DNA from: Candidatus Poribacteria bacterium
Lineage (GTDB): Bacteria; Poribacteria; WGA-4E; WGA-3G
NCBI GenBank assembly: GCA_963663765.2
Contig: CAXXUA010000004.1
Location: 448,001 to 512,000, forward strand
Direction: 5' to 3'
DNA length: 64,000 nucleotides
The position numbers and the translations under genes were made by a program. This document shows, in pieces, positions 30,793-41,800 of this stretch. Every line of letters begins with the position of its first letter. The stretch's first letter is position 1. A model generated the notes under the pieces. The model saw only the letters and a list, made by a program, of their open reading frames with translations. It was not told the DNA's origin and did not search any database.

Positions 30793-32370
30793 ATGTTACG
30801 GAAAAAGCAATTTACATTGAGTCTATTCTTCTCTACGGTTATAGTGTTTGCGCTTATGTGGCCCCCCTGGTATCTTTACAAATGGGGATCATCCGCCTGT
30901 ATCCGTTACGACGATCATATACCCAGTTAATCCGGTTACACAGATGTCAACGGGTGCACAGATGTCAATTAACACCGACACGCTTACAAAGTATACTTAT
31001 TGTGCAATTGAAGAGCATTATGGGAATTCGTCGTGTGGGACAGCAACACCAAGCGACCACCCCTTTCAACCAAATGGGACCCCTCTCATAGAAGACTGAT
31101 CATTACCATAGAAGCGGATGTTGCTGCATACGGTCAAACGAAAGCCTCCGTAACATCCGGGCATGTAAATATAGGTGATCAGAAAGTAGAACTCACGAAT
31201 CTCGGTGGTGATGTCAAAAATGTTGGTACCTGGGATGACCCTAACGATGTTACGTCTCTAAAATATACCCCGATCCATAAAGCGTACTTCGAATGTCCAA
31301 AAGATGTAGAATCGGATAGTTACACTTATTCTGCTTCAGGCAAAGTTGAGATATCGGGAGTCTACTGGGAAGGTACTGGGACAATTTCAATTACCAGCAC
31401 TGTTGGTGTGTCGGTAGGGTTAGACATAAGTGGAACTTATCAAGTCAGTACAGGTGTTTCGGAAAGCGTTACCGGCGACGTATCTGGCAATACAAGTGAT
31501 AGTTTTAGAAACCATACAGATGTTACATGGACAGTTGCTCATAGCACATTATGTGGGCACGTTCAATGTTGGAAATCAATCACGGATCCTCATGCACACC
31601 ATTGGTGGTGTTGGGTGAACGAGAACGGGTGTGGAGATCATATTAAGTGTAAAGATTATATTCCTGCAGAACATGTTATACACGAAAAGTGCTGGAATCA
31701 CACTCATGGGTGTGAAGAAACAGATGTAAGAAGGTGTACCCATGAGTGTGCGTTTGCTGGTGTTTTTTTGAATGGTACAGATTTTAATGTTAATGACACG
31801 CTTACTGTCAAGGTTGTACGAAAAAACCTTGGTGCGACCACTGTATATTTTAAGAAACCTGGTGATACAGGAGAATTTGGCGTAAGAGTGGCATCTAGTG
31901 GCACCCCAGATGGAAACGGCATTGAAGACGATTTGATGGTATTTAATATAACGTTTTCAGAAGAAGATGTAGGAACTTTTACAATGAACATACATATTTT
32001 CGAAGAAGGGAACTATCTTGACGTTGTTGAATGGTGGGTGGCACAGATAACGGTGATAAACGTTGAAAATGGAAGCTCCTCAGATGATGATGGACTCTGT
32101 GGTGACGAGACAATATGGGGTACAACTTACGGCACATCAGGATGTGGCAATCCGCGAAACGAAAACTCTTGCACACATCCGTATATTGTTGACCATTATA
32201 CAATCATGTGGTGTGAAGACTGTAATCAGTACTACCGTTAGTGTTCGCCGCCAGACTACTGTTCAGCTGATCATAGGAATGCATACGAAATTGAATGTTT
32301 AGATGCTACACCAAATTGTGATGATTGCTATGATGGAAGGTCAGATTGTACAAATGCAAGTGCCCATTAA
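30793..32370 (+). pseudogene. Secreted Cys/His-rich protein (cassette 1 gene B), frameshifted and with an in-frame TAG at 32239-32241
   Basis: RBS and ATG at 30793 with a signal peptide; frame breaks near the C6 run (about 30862) and near 31090; the frame continues 42 codons past the TAG (CSPPDYC...TPNCDDCYDGRSDCTNASAH) to TAA 32368-32370. Confidence 0.65.
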
Positions 32371-32389
32371 AGTCATTCTATCAACAATG

Positions 32390-32423
32390 AGGCAGGTATC
32401 CTTTTTGGGTATCTGCCTTTTTT
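32390..32423 (+). terminator. Intrinsic terminator, cassette 1
   Basis: AGGCAGGTATCC-TTTTT-GGGTATCTGCCT followed by a T-run. Confidence 0.75.
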
Positions 32424-32530
32424 CTTCGGAATAAGTTCTTACTGAAATTTTATATAAAACTTAACATACTGATGCGTTGATTTAGAGATTGCATCATTGG
32501 ATAACATATAGTTTTATATTTACAATATTT

Positions 32531-32655
32531 CACAAAGGAGATATATTGGTAACCATATAATTCCTGACCGGGGGATCATCAACCCGTAGCAATTGAACCT
32601 TGCCAACAAGACACATTAAGTTCGCAAGGGGACACACAAATAAGGAGGTATTGAC
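32531..32655 (+). promoter_or_regulatory. Conserved 5' leader of cassette 2
   Basis: Homologous to 29880-30006. Confidence 0.55.
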
Positions 32656-33192
32656 ATGCCAAAACAATTACAGTGGGCAATAGGCGGACTCGCCTTACTT
32701 ATAGTCGGTTTCGTGGCATTTCAAATCTATGACCAATTTTATATTCAATTAGGTTTGAAACCACCGCCACAAGGATATGAATATAGATGGGCGGATAAAA
32801 ATGTCCCACTCCTAGATGAGAACGGCAACCCTGTTTTACACAAAATCGGGGACCCTTATGTAGATATTGCCATAGAAGTTGGGTTTGCTCCGACGAAAGA
32901 AGAATACGAACAACTCAACCAACTCAAAATAGATAAGCTTCAAGCTGAATTCAGAGGTTCGGTAGACAAACTTGCAGTCATTACAGAAGAAATTGAACAA
33001 CTGGAAGCAGCCGTTCAACGCGAACGTCCTGTTCTAAAAACTACTATGTGGATGGGGGAGGAGGGGACATATGATAGAGAACGCACTCGGAGAATGGCGC
33101 GTGAACAGTTGAATGAAGCACTGAGGTCATACAATTTAGAACACTTAATAGAAGAGGGTCCACCAGTACTAATAAAGGATCTACCACGTTAA
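32656..33192 (+). CDS. Membrane-anchored hypothetical protein (cassette 2 gene A; lacks about 70 aa present in 30007-30753)
   Basis: Near-identical N-terminus KQLQWxIGGLxLLIVGFVAxQIY; shared PPPxGYxYR, LDEN, GFAPTxExY motifs. Confidence 0.7.
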   Translation: MPKQLQWAIGGLALLIVGFVAFQIYDQFYIQLGLKPPPQGYEYRWADKNVPLLDENGNPVLHKIGDPYVDIAIEVGFAPTKEEYEQLNQLKIDKLQAEFRGSVDKLAVITEEIEQLEAAVQRERPVLKTTMWMGEEGTYDRERTRRMAREQLNEALRSYNLEHLIEEGPPVLIKDLPR

Positions 33193-33222
33193 TAACTAAT
33201 TTCATTACTTGGAGGTTTTATC

Positions 33223-34243
33223 ATGAAAACATATAAATGGAGAATTCCATTACTAATCACAGTTTTAGGTTTTATAGTTGTTTTAGTGACTATAAAGAAT
33301 ATAGTGGCACATCAAGAAGCACGTGCATTGTTGGAATTGGGTGATCATGCGGTATCAAATCCTTTTTTTGAGAGCACTACACCAGAAATTACATGCAACA
33401 TTGATGGCAGAACCTTTACTTATGTCCGACAGTTTTACTGTGACGGTATACTAATACGGGATTATTGGCACGATCCAGGTTTAGTTAACCATCCTGAAGT
33501 AACAATGAAATTTGAATTACATGGAGCAGGGTGGCTACGAACGAAAATCTAGGGTAGTTTAGATGGCGAGTTAAAAGGAAATCATAACTTTAGCTCCCCA
33601 AAAAAAGTAGGATGGTGAGTTGCTGTTATTGTACCGGTTCTCGATTTTGTACACAACAAAGAAATTAAGTTATCGTTTGAAGGTAACCTGAAGAAAGATA
33701 CAAAAACGTATCAATGGAGTGCTAATGGAGAGGTAGAGTTAACTCCAATGTATTGGCATCGTAGATTTGGATTACACATAGGTACATCTGCACAGGGTTT
33801 AGCTCTGACCGGTTCGTGGAAAGAAGGAATGGTACAAACTTATACCCCCTTGCCCAATAATCAATCCGTTACAGGATCTTGGGAAGTAAAAACGAAAGAT
33901 GAATTTTCAGACGTTAGCAGTACTGGTGATCCATGTCCAAATGATGCCGAAGAAGATGAGATGGAAGAGGGTGTCTTTGTTAACGATACAAGTTTCGATG
34001 TTTATGAAACCTTAACAGTCACAGGAAAAAGAAAGGACTGCGCCGAGCTAAGTTGACTGTAGGTGGAAATATTGTTGAAACGGTAACCGCGTCAGGGATA
34101 CCGCTACTTTGTCGCATACGTTTTCCTCTCAAGATATTGGATCCGATCAAAATATATGGATTGATATTGTTTACGTGCCCGAAAACTCCGTAAGAGATGT
34201 TATTGCTAGTGAATACTATTATAAGATTATTTCTGTAGAATAA
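33223..34243 (+). pseudogene. Secreted protein pseudogene (cassette 2 gene B)
   Basis: One frame from 33223 to 34056 broken by TAG 33550 and TGA 33616; EGVFVNDTSFDVYETLTV matches AGVFLNGTDFNVNDTLTV of cassette 1 gene B; 3' end degenerate, so the end coordinate is approximate. Confidence 0.6.
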
Positions 34244-34339
34244 TCCATTCTACTTTTTAAATAGTTTTAGCACGAGCATTATAACGGGATCCAAGACGGT
34301 CACCACGCGATAGTTGCTTTCCCCTTTTACTTTACTTAC

Positions 34340-34379
34340 AGACAGGTATCCTTATTTGGGTATCTGCCTTTTTCTTTTT
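34340..34379 (+). terminator. Intrinsic terminator, cassette 2
   Basis: Near copy of the 32390 terminator, followed by a T-run. Confidence 0.7.
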
Positions 34380-34523
34380 GTGAGTTCCATCAGCTTTACG
34401 CGGGCGAGGAGACCTCGCCCCTACGATGTCCACAGTTCCCTTACGTCAAGCAATATTTGATAGAAACTGGACGGACTTCTTTTAATATCAAGCTTTTTAC
34501 AAAAACTTTACACACCCCCAAAC

Positions 34524-35981
34524 GGGTGTGTAAAGTTTTTGTCACTAAGTGTTATGCGGCTTTTGTGTCTGGATACCAATATCTGTCCCAGGCATTATTC
34601 TTCAACAGACATCTCCAACTTAGAACAGCATTAATACCCGGTTTCTCCCATCTCATAGAAGCTTGTTTACACCTTTGTCCCACAACATGTTTACACGCAC
34701 TCTCAATCACACCACTCCCAACCTGATACCCCTTATCTCTAAACGTTTTATATTGCATCCGTTTCGCGTGTTTTTCAAAATAACCTGTTTCTCTTACTAA
34801 AATCTCACAAACGTCTGGGTGCTGTGTGGCTAAAGCACGGATACGTGAGACAACTTCTGGAATGTTGCCATCAAAAAGAAAGGGTTCTGTCTCTGTGACC
34901 CAAGTTTCTACGTCTTCTGTTTCTGTCTCACCAAAGGCAACTTTAGCCACATCATAAAGATGTGATTTGGCATGCATGTAATCCACAATCTCTACAGCAT
35001 TCGGGAAGTATTCAGCCGCTAAGTTCCATATCCACGCCGCTCCATCTCCGATAAACACGACCTCTTGCGTGCCTATATCTTCTTGATAGATGCCGCTCTG
35101 CGTTGCTAACTTATACAACGCTTTACCGAAATGAGCAGCATTCTCACGCTCCGCAACATAACGAATGCTTGGTGTTCTCGCACTCGGTGTCGCACCAGAA
35201 CTATTTGGAGGTTGTGGATAATCTCTATAAATACAACCAACTTTGGTTTCTTTCCACCCCTCTTGTGAGTTGGTGTGGCATCCATCACAACTCACATACC
35301 AACGCTGATTTGCCTCAAGTTTTTGTGTTTCCACTTGTTGTGAATCCCGCAACGCTTTTGACCATTCACGCACATTTTGATTGAGGGTCGTATGACTGAC
35401 TTCTATCCCTTGACGAAACAACTCCTCTGCTGCCTCCCTGAAGTCAAGACGCGCAGACATACGACACATCACTTCAGCTACACGATGTGTGTATTGACCT
35501 TTCAACTTTTCTTTCGTATCCCACGGAAAATGATAATGACCCGAAGCACAACGATACACCCAACGGTCAACACGAATAACACCACATAGCGTCGTAATAC
35601 GGCGTTCTCTTTTACGATACGGACGACACGCTTGTTGACATTGTGGACATTCAACAGATCCAGAAACTTGTTCAACGGAATGTTTGAGAACACCCATTTC
35701 TAACATCATTTGACCTAACGAACGCATCGTCTCTAAGGCTATTATCTCCATAGCGTCTACATAAAGACTGTCTGAACTAAGGGTGTGTAAAACATTATTG
35801 ATCTTTTCTACAAAATGGATTGCATCTTCTCTAAACTCTTCGACTTCACAACTTGCTAATGATATACTAAACATTGGTATCCTCTCTGATAAAAAAGTGT
35901 TTTTTAGAAGGATACCATTTAACCTAATACTAAGCAAGATCTGTATTCAGTACATTCTTGTGACAAAAACTTTACACACCC
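34524..35981 (-). mobile_element. ISKra4-family insertion sequence (intact)
   Basis: 22-bp TIR GGGTGTGTAAAGTTTTTGTCAC (34524-34545 / 35960-35981); 8-bp TSD CCCCAAAC. Confidence 0.9.
34552..35874 (-). CDS. ISKra4-family transposase
   Basis: CPQC zinc ribbon, SCDG, GDGAAWIW, DYMHAKSHL, GSGVIESACK, MRW. Confidence 0.9.
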   Translation of the reverse strand: MFSISLASCEVEEFREDAIHFVEKINNVLHTLSSDSLYVDAMEIIALETMRSLGQMMLEMGVLKHSVEQVSGSVECPQCQQACRPYRKRERRITTLCGVIRVDRWVYRCASGHYHFPWDTKEKLKGQYTHRVAEVMCRMSARLDFREAAEELFRQGIEVSHTTLNQNVREWSKALRDSQQVETQKLEANQRWYVSCDGCHTNSQEGWKETKVGCIYRDYPQPPNSSGATPSARTPSIRYVAERENAAHFGKALYKLATQSGIYQEDIGTQEVVFIGDGAAWIWNLAAEYFPNAVEIVDYMHAKSHLYDVAKVAFGETETEDVETWVTETEPFLFDGNIPEVVSRIRALATQHPDVCEILVRETGYFEKHAKRMQYKTFRDKGYQVGSGVIESACKHVVGQRCKQASMRWEKPGINAVLSWRCLLKNNAWDRYWYPDTKAA

Positions 35982-36054
35982 CCCCAAACTGATTCCTTGA
36001 ATTTAATAGTACTTTATAGTATGATATTCACAACCTGAATAAAGGAGAGAATAC

Positions 36055-37560
36055 ATGAGCTTATTAGGTATAGACGTTGGCACAACAGGATGTAAAGTGA
36101 TCGCATTCCGAGAGGATGGTGAGATCCTTGCACAAGCGTATGGTGAATATCCTTTGATACATCCACAACCGGGTTGGTCTGAACTGGATTCCAACATAGT
36201 TTGGGAAAATGTATCAAACGGTATACGTGAAGTCGCAGTACAAACAAAATCGGAGCCAATTGAAGCAATCAGTGTTGCATCACAAGGAGAAGCGGTCACA
36301 CCTGTGTGGGGTAACTGTGACGTATTAGCAAATGCTATAACCACTTTTGATTCACGCACGACAGGAATCTGTGATGAAATCCTACAAGGAATAAGTCCAA
36401 TTGAAGTGATGCAAATCACAGGAATGCCGCCAAGCGATATACATACACTTGCGAAACTGGTCTGGATACAGCGGAACGACCCAGATTTGTATAAAGAGGT
36501 ATGGAAGTTTTTCGGTTATGAGGATTTCATTAATTTCAGGTTAGGTGTGCAACCAGTTGTTGACTATTCTCTCGCAGCTCGAACCATGGCATTTGATATT
36601 ATTGAAAAATGTTGGTCAGAAAGAATGCTCGGATTGGCAAATGTGGATGTCTCCATCTTACCTGACACAGTCCCTTCAGGAACTATCATAGGAGAAATTG
36701 GCACTAAAGTATCAGGAGAACTCAATCTACCGAAAGGCGTTGTTGTTGTTGCGGGAGGGCATGACCAACCTTGTGGTGCGTTAGGTGCCGGCATTATTCG
36801 CGGTGGAGAAGTTATGGACGCTACCGGCACGGTGGAATGTATTGCACCTGCATTTCCTGAACCTGTGGCAAATCAACAGATGATAGATGGTAACTTTTCT
36901 TGCTATCCTCATGTGGTTGAAGGACTCTATGTTACATTAGGATTTGTCTCAAGTGGTGGCGTTGTACTTCGATGGTTTCGTGATACTTTAGCACAAGCAG
37001 AATTAGCCGAAGCTGAAACGTCAGGACAGGATATATACGATATACTCCTTGATGATATTCCGGATACACCCGGTACAGCCATGTTACTTCCGCACTTTAC
37101 AGGTTCTGGTACACCCCATCTTGATTTAGGTTCTAAAGGGGCAATAATAGGACTGTCGCTTTCTACCACCAAAGGTGAACTCGTCAAGTCTATACTTGAA
37201 GGTATCAGTTATGAAATTAAGCAAAATCTGACGATGTTAGAAGCAGCAGGAGTAGAGATCAATGAAATTCGTGCCATCGGTGGCGGCGCGAAATCTGAAA
37301 AATGGCTGCAATTAAAAGCAGATATGTTCGGGAAAAAAGTCATTGCACTTGACATATCAGAAGGTGTTTGCTTGGGTACAGCAATTCTCTCAGGAACAGC
37401 AATTGGGAAGTATAACTCAATTGAGGAGGCAGTTGACCTGTTGGTGAAACCACAAAAGACCTACTATCCACGTGAGGACATTTCACAAGAGTATGATGAG
37501 AAATTAAAGACGTATGAACAGATATATCCTGCACTGCGTGATATAAACAATCAACTGTAA
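36055..37560 (+). CDS. FGGY-family carbohydrate kinase (xylulokinase-like)
   Basis: GIDVGTTGCK, AGGHDQ, LPHFTGSGTP, GGGAKS. Confidence 0.92.
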   Translation: MSLLGIDVGTTGCKVIAFREDGEILAQAYGEYPLIHPQPGWSELDSNIVWENVSNGIREVAVQTKSEPIEAISVASQGEAVTPVWGNCDVLANAITTFDSRTTGICDEILQGISPIEVMQITGMPPSDIHTLAKLVWIQRNDPDLYKEVWKFFGYEDFINFRLGVQPVVDYSLAARTMAFDIIEKCWSERMLGLANVDVSILPDTVPSGTIIGEIGTKVSGELNLPKGVVVVAGGHDQPCGALGAGIIRGGEVMDATGTVECIAPAFPEPVANQQMIDGNFSCYPHVVEGLYVTLGFVSSGGVVLRWFRDTLAQAELAEAETSGQDIYDILLDDIPDTPGTAMLLPHFTGSGTPHLDLGSKGAIIGLSLSTTKGELVKSILEGISYEIKQNLTMLEAAGVEINEIRAIGGGAKSEKWLQLKADMFGKKVIALDISEGVCLGTAILSGTAIGKYNSIEEAVDLLVKPQKTYYPREDISQEYDEKLKTYEQIYPALRDINNQL

Positions 37561-37701
37561 TTGTTTCATTCTTTTGAGTTCTGATTCGGTGGGAAGTTTC
37601 TTGACAGCTCAACTCTATTTAAGGTATACTTGTTCAGAAAGTTAATATACATCGTATAAGAATCTTAACTTACCTTTCATGCTATTCTGGAGTTAGGAAA
37701 A

Positions 37702-39249
37702 ATGAGAAGCCAGAAAACTCTAATAATTATCTCATTTCTTTTCATCGTCTGCATATTCAATAGCAGTCTATTGTATGCAGAAGAATCCGCTTTGGTCTAT
37801 GTTATTGACATCCGCACTGAAATTGGAGGTGGTGTCCATACTTACATTAAGAAAGGTATCCAAAAAGCAGAGGATATGAAGGCAGATGTGATTATATTTG
37901 ATATTGATACACCTGGTGGAAAAGTTGACTCAGCTGTAAAAATTGTGAGATCCATTCAAGACACGAAAATTCCTACGATTGCTTTCGTAAACAAGCAAGC
38001 GATTTCTGCCGGTGCGATGATTTCTACTACATGCACCCAAATTGTAATGACATCCGGATCAACTATCGGTGATGTTGCACCTGTAGACATTCAAGGAAAC
38101 GAAGCAGGTGAAAAAATAATCTCATATATTAGAACAACCTTTCGGTCAATTGTTGAGGATCAGCAGATAAGTCCAAGAAATCCTGATATAGTAGAGGCAA
38201 TGGTAGACAAGAAACTTGTACTTGTTAGATTAGAAAATGGTGATATAATAAAGTTGCGACCTGAAGAGTACTATAATGCACAAGAAACCGGAGAACAAAT
38301 GCAAGTGTTGTGTGCGGAAGGAGAACTGCTGACACTAACAACTCGGCAAGCTCTTGAATATAAATTCGCTGAAGCTCAAGCAGAAACAATGAAAGAACTC
38401 TTGTCAAAATACCAAATAATTCAGGTCGGACGTAGTTATCTTAAAGATGACAATGATGTCGTTACAATGGCACTGACAGAGGAAGACTTTCTTAGTAAAC
38501 AGGAAGAACTCGGTATTGCACAAGTAAAAGTTATTAAGACATTGGAAAATGCTAAGATTTCTAAATTTGTAGTTACACTGGCAGACCGTCTCGTATTTTT
38601 TATCACAAGTCCTTACATCAGTGCATTGCTTCTTTCTCTTGGTGGACTCGGGCTCCTTGTAGAGATTCGCACGCCTGGATTCGGAATTCCAGGTATGCTC
38701 GGAATGCTATTCATCGGTCTGTTCTTTGGTGGACATATGCTAAACCAGATTCCTCATCCTTGGATGCCGGTTATCTTTGTAATCGGGTTGGCATTCATAG
38801 TGTTAGAAGTGTTTGTAATTCCAGGCTTTGGCATTGCAGGAATTCTCGGTTTGGTCTTTATGTTAGGTAGTGTCTTCTATGTGTTTTTTCAAAGCACAGA
38901 CGACATAGCAACTGCGTTGTTATGGCTTTCTATCTCAGTGATCTTGACATCAATATTAGGTATACTCACAACAATCTACCTTCCGAAATCCACACCATTT
39001 CAAAGGTTCGCTCTGTCCACAGTGATGAGTACTGACGAAGGATATCATTCCGCTGGAACTGAAGATTTTCAAAGTTTTCTCGGAAAAACTGGGGTCGCTT
39101 TAACTCCATTACGTCCTGCCGGTACAGCAAGAATTGATAATAAACGTCTGGATGTTGTCACAGTGGGTGACTTCATTGCACAGAATTCCCCTGTAAGAGT
39201 TCTTGAGGTTGAGGGTTCTAAGGTTTCTGTTGAAGCACTTGAAGAATAA
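37702..39249 (+). CDS. nfeD: Long NfeD (ClpP-class protease domain, TM region, OB fold), YqeZ-like
   Basis: IDTPGG, AISAGA, PGFGIxG TM repeats, C-terminal TPLRPAG. Confidence 0.88.
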   Translation: MRSQKTLIIISFLFIVCIFNSSLLYAEESALVYVIDIRTEIGGGVHTYIKKGIQKAEDMKADVIIFDIDTPGGKVDSAVKIVRSIQDTKIPTIAFVNKQAISAGAMISTTCTQIVMTSGSTIGDVAPVDIQGNEAGEKIISYIRTTFRSIVEDQQISPRNPDIVEAMVDKKLVLVRLENGDIIKLRPEEYYNAQETGEQMQVLCAEGELLTLTTRQALEYKFAEAQAETMKELLSKYQIIQVGRSYLKDDNDVVTMALTEEDFLSKQEELGIAQVKVIKTLENAKISKFVVTLADRLVFFITSPYISALLLSLGGLGLLVEIRTPGFGIPGMLGMLFIGLFFGGHMLNQIPHPWMPVIFVIGLAFIVLEVFVIPGFGIAGILGLVFMLGSVFYVFFQSTDDIATALLWLSISVILTSILGILTTIYLPKSTPFQRFALSTVMSTDEGYHSAGTEDFQSFLGKTGVALTPLRPAGTARIDNKRLDVVTVGDFIAQNSPVRVLEVEGSKVSVEALEE

Positions 39250-39281
39250 AACTAAACATAAAACGTCTGGAGGAAATAGCA

Positions 39282-39764
39282 ATGTTGTGGGTTCCAACTA
39301 TTCTGATTGCAATCGGAATTCTACTAATATTTGTTGAGGTTTTAATTCTACCTGGATTTGGTGCTGCCGGTATACCAGGTCTTCTAATTTTCTTGGTTGG
39401 TATCGGTATGATATGGGCAGAATCTGGGTACGTTACTGCTCTCATCTATGCAAGTGTTGCTCTCGTTTTCGTTATTCCGATGTCAATCATAGGATTAAAT
39501 CTGCTTAAAGACTCATCCATTGGTAAAAGTCTCATACTCAGTGCTTCAGAAAATTCTGAAAAAGGTTTTCAAGCAGCCCCACAGGAACTAAAAGCACTCG
39601 TAGGAAAATCAGGGAAAACTGTAACACCGTTGCGTCCTGCTGGTGTTGCTAACATCAACGGTCAACGTGTAGATATCGTTACGCAAGGGGAGTTTGTAGC
39701 ACCAGAAACTGAGGTAGAAGTTATTCTGGTGGAAGGGAGTCGTGTCGTCGTCCGAAGTTTGTAA
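39282..39764 (+). CDS. Short NfeD-like protein (TM and OB fold)
   Basis: EVLILPGFG, TPLRPAG, VEGSRVVV. Confidence 0.85.
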   Translation: MLWVPTILIAIGILLIFVEVLILPGFGAAGIPGLLIFLVGIGMIWAESGYVTALIYASVALVFVIPMSIIGLNLLKDSSIGKSLILSASENSEKGFQAAPQELKALVGKSGKTVTPLRPAGVANINGQRVDIVTQGEFVAPETEVEVILVEGSRVVVRSL

Positions 39765-39824
39765 AATCAAGGAAAAAAGAGTTGTTATTCATTTTAATAT
39801 ACACAAATTAAAAGGAGATCTGAT

Positions 39825-40745
39825 ATGGGAGAATTTACGTCAGTAACATTTCCAATCATTGCTGTCATTGTTCTCATTGGTATCTTTATATTCTTTTGGT
39901 TCGTCCCAGTTGGGTTGTGGATTGCTGCGATTGCAGCGGGTGCACCCCTTCGCATTTCTGAACTCATCGGAATGCGGTTAAGACGAGTCAACCCAAATGT
40001 CATAGTCAAAGCGTTAATTAGTGGCCACAAAGCGGGATTGAAAGTAGTAACTAACGAATTAGAGGCACACTATCTCGCGGGAGGGAATATACTAAATGTT
40101 GTCAGCGCACTTATTGCAGCTGATAAAGCAAAAATTGACCTTACTTTTCAAAGAGCATCGGCGATTGACCTTGCAGGTAGAGATGTCTTTGAAGCGGTTC
40201 AAGTCAGTGTAAATCCGCGTGTCATTACAACACCAAGGATCAGTGCACTTGCACTTGATGGTGTTGAACTCATTGCGACCGTTCGCATTACAGTACGAAC
40301 CAATATCAATAGACTCGTTGGGGGGGCAGGTGAAGATACCATCATTGCACGAGTAGGTGAAGGGATTATCAGTGCTATCGGTGCATCTGAAACTTATGAA
40401 GATGTTCTTGAGAATCCAGACATTATCTCTAAAACCGTGTTGGATCGCGGTCTTGATGCTGGTACTGCTTTTGAGATTCTATCCATTGATATCGCAGATG
40501 TAAATGTTGGTAAAAACATCGGTGCAGAACTACAGGCAGAACAAGCAGAAGCGGATCTTGTAGTCGCTCAAGCAAAAGCGGAAGAACGCCGTGCGCTCGC
40601 AGTTGCTCGAAAACAACAGATGACAGCAAACGTGCAGGAGATGCGTGCAAAAGTTGTTGAAGCTGAAGCAACTGTACCGCGAGCATTAGCTGCTGCTTTC
40701 CGTGAAGGAAATTTAAATATCACACCATTCAGAGAAGGAGAATAA
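39825..40745 (+). CDS. floA: Flotillin-like protein FloA (YqfA), copy 1
   Basis: [35 protein letters not shown]. Confidence 0.92.
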   Translation: MGEFTSVTFPIIAVIVLIGIFIFFWFVPVGLWIAAIAAGAPLRISELIGMRLRRVNPNVIVKALISGHKAGLKVVTNELEAHYLAGGNILNVVSALIAADKAKIDLTFQRASAIDLAGRDVFEAVQVSVNPRVITTPRISALALDGVELIATVRITVRTNINRLVGGAGEDTIIARVGEGIISAIGASETYEDVLENPDIISKTVLDRGLDAGTAFEILSIDIADVNVGKNIGAELQAEQAEADLVVAQAKAEERRALAVARKQQMTANVQEMRAKVVEAEATVPRALAAAFREGNLNITPFREGE

Positions 40746-40747
40746 AT

Positions 40748-41779
40748 ATGTTTCCAGTTATTCCCGCAATAATTGCTGTTTGTATACTGCTATTTATTAT
40801 CGTTATTGCATGGTTCGTACCACTCGGATTGTGGATTACTGCAATAGCTGCAGGTGTTAAAGTAGGGATTTTCGATCTCGTCGCGATGCGTCTTCGTCGC
40901 GTACCACCTTCTGGTATTGTTGAACCACAGATTAACGCGACAAAAGCAGGATTGAGTCTCTCACTTGATGAACTTGAAGCACATTTCCTTGCTGGTGGAC
41001 GTGTTGGAAGCGTTGTGGCTGCACTCATCGCTGCTGATAAAGCTAACATCCAACTTGGGTTTGCACAAGCAGCTGCCATTGATCTGGCAGGTAGGGATGT
41101 CTTACAGGCTGTACAAGTTAGCGTTACCCCGGAGATCATTGATATACCAAGTAGAGAAGACCCAAATACTGGAATCACGGCAGTTGCACGCGATGGAATC
41201 CAATTGATTGTAAAAGCACGTGTCACCGTGAGAGCAAATATTGACCGTCTTGTTGGCGGTGCGACTGAAGAAACGATCCGCGCAAGAGTCGGGGAAGGTA
41301 TTATCACTACGATCGGTTCTTCAGGAAATCATAAGCAGGTATTGGAGAATCCAGTTAGAATCTCTGAAACAGTGCTTGAAAAGGGACTTGAAGCAGGCAC
41401 AGCTTTTGAAATTCTCTCAATTGATATTGCGGACATCAACGTAGGTGAGAACGTCGGTGCAAAACTGCAAACTGATCAAGCACAAGCTGAACTGAAGATT
41501 GCACGCGCAAAAGCAGAGGAGCAACGTGCCAGAGCAGAAGCTGAAGAAGAAGAAAACAAGGCTCTTGTAGAAGAGATGACTATCAAACTAATTGAAGCAG
41601 AAGCAGAAATTCCTCTTTCTATATCTGATTCATTTAATTCCGAAAGAATGAGCGTCATGGATTATTACACGCTTCGTAATATCTTAGCTGATACAGAGAT
41701 GCGTCAGTCTATTGCATCACCTGGTGATACAACTGATTCTGACACAACTCGTTCAACACACTCATTAGGATTGTCGTAA
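40748..41779 (+). CDS. floA: Flotillin-like protein FloA (YqfA), copy 2
   Basis: Same motifs plus the C-terminal VMDYY..NI.ADT.MR.SI segment. Confidence 0.92.
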   Translation: MFPVIPAIIAVCILLFIIVIAWFVPLGLWITAIAAGVKVGIFDLVAMRLRRVPPSGIVEPQINATKAGLSLSLDELEAHFLAGGRVGSVVAALIAADKANIQLGFAQAAAIDLAGRDVLQAVQVSVTPEIIDIPSREDPNTGITAVARDGIQLIVKARVTVRANIDRLVGGATEETIRARVGEGIITTIGSSGNHKQVLENPVRISETVLEKGLEAGTAFEILSIDIADINVGENVGAKLQTDQAQAELKIARAKAEEQRARAEAEEEENKALVEEMTIKLIEAEAEIPLSISDSFNSERMSVMDYYTLRNILADTEMRQSIASPGDTTDSDTTRSTHSLGLS

Positions 41780-41800
41780 TCTCTACTAAAGGAGAATAAG

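Noticed and set aside
32239-32241. Pyrrolysine or amber read-through in the Cys-rich gene
   Set aside because: The same gene has frameshifts and no pyl genes are visible, so a nonsense mutation is more likely.
33550-33618. Stop-codon recoding (TAG/TGA) in cassette 2 gene B, or an alternative genetic code
   Set aside because: Mixed stop types, further lesions downstream and no convincing SECIS; normal genes in the window end with TGA, TAG and TAA. Decay is the simpler explanation.
29880-34379. Integron cassette array or diversity-generating retroelement
   Set aside because: No attC-like sites, integrase, reverse transcriptase or adenine-specific TR/VR pair was seen; the cassettes have their own leader and terminator.
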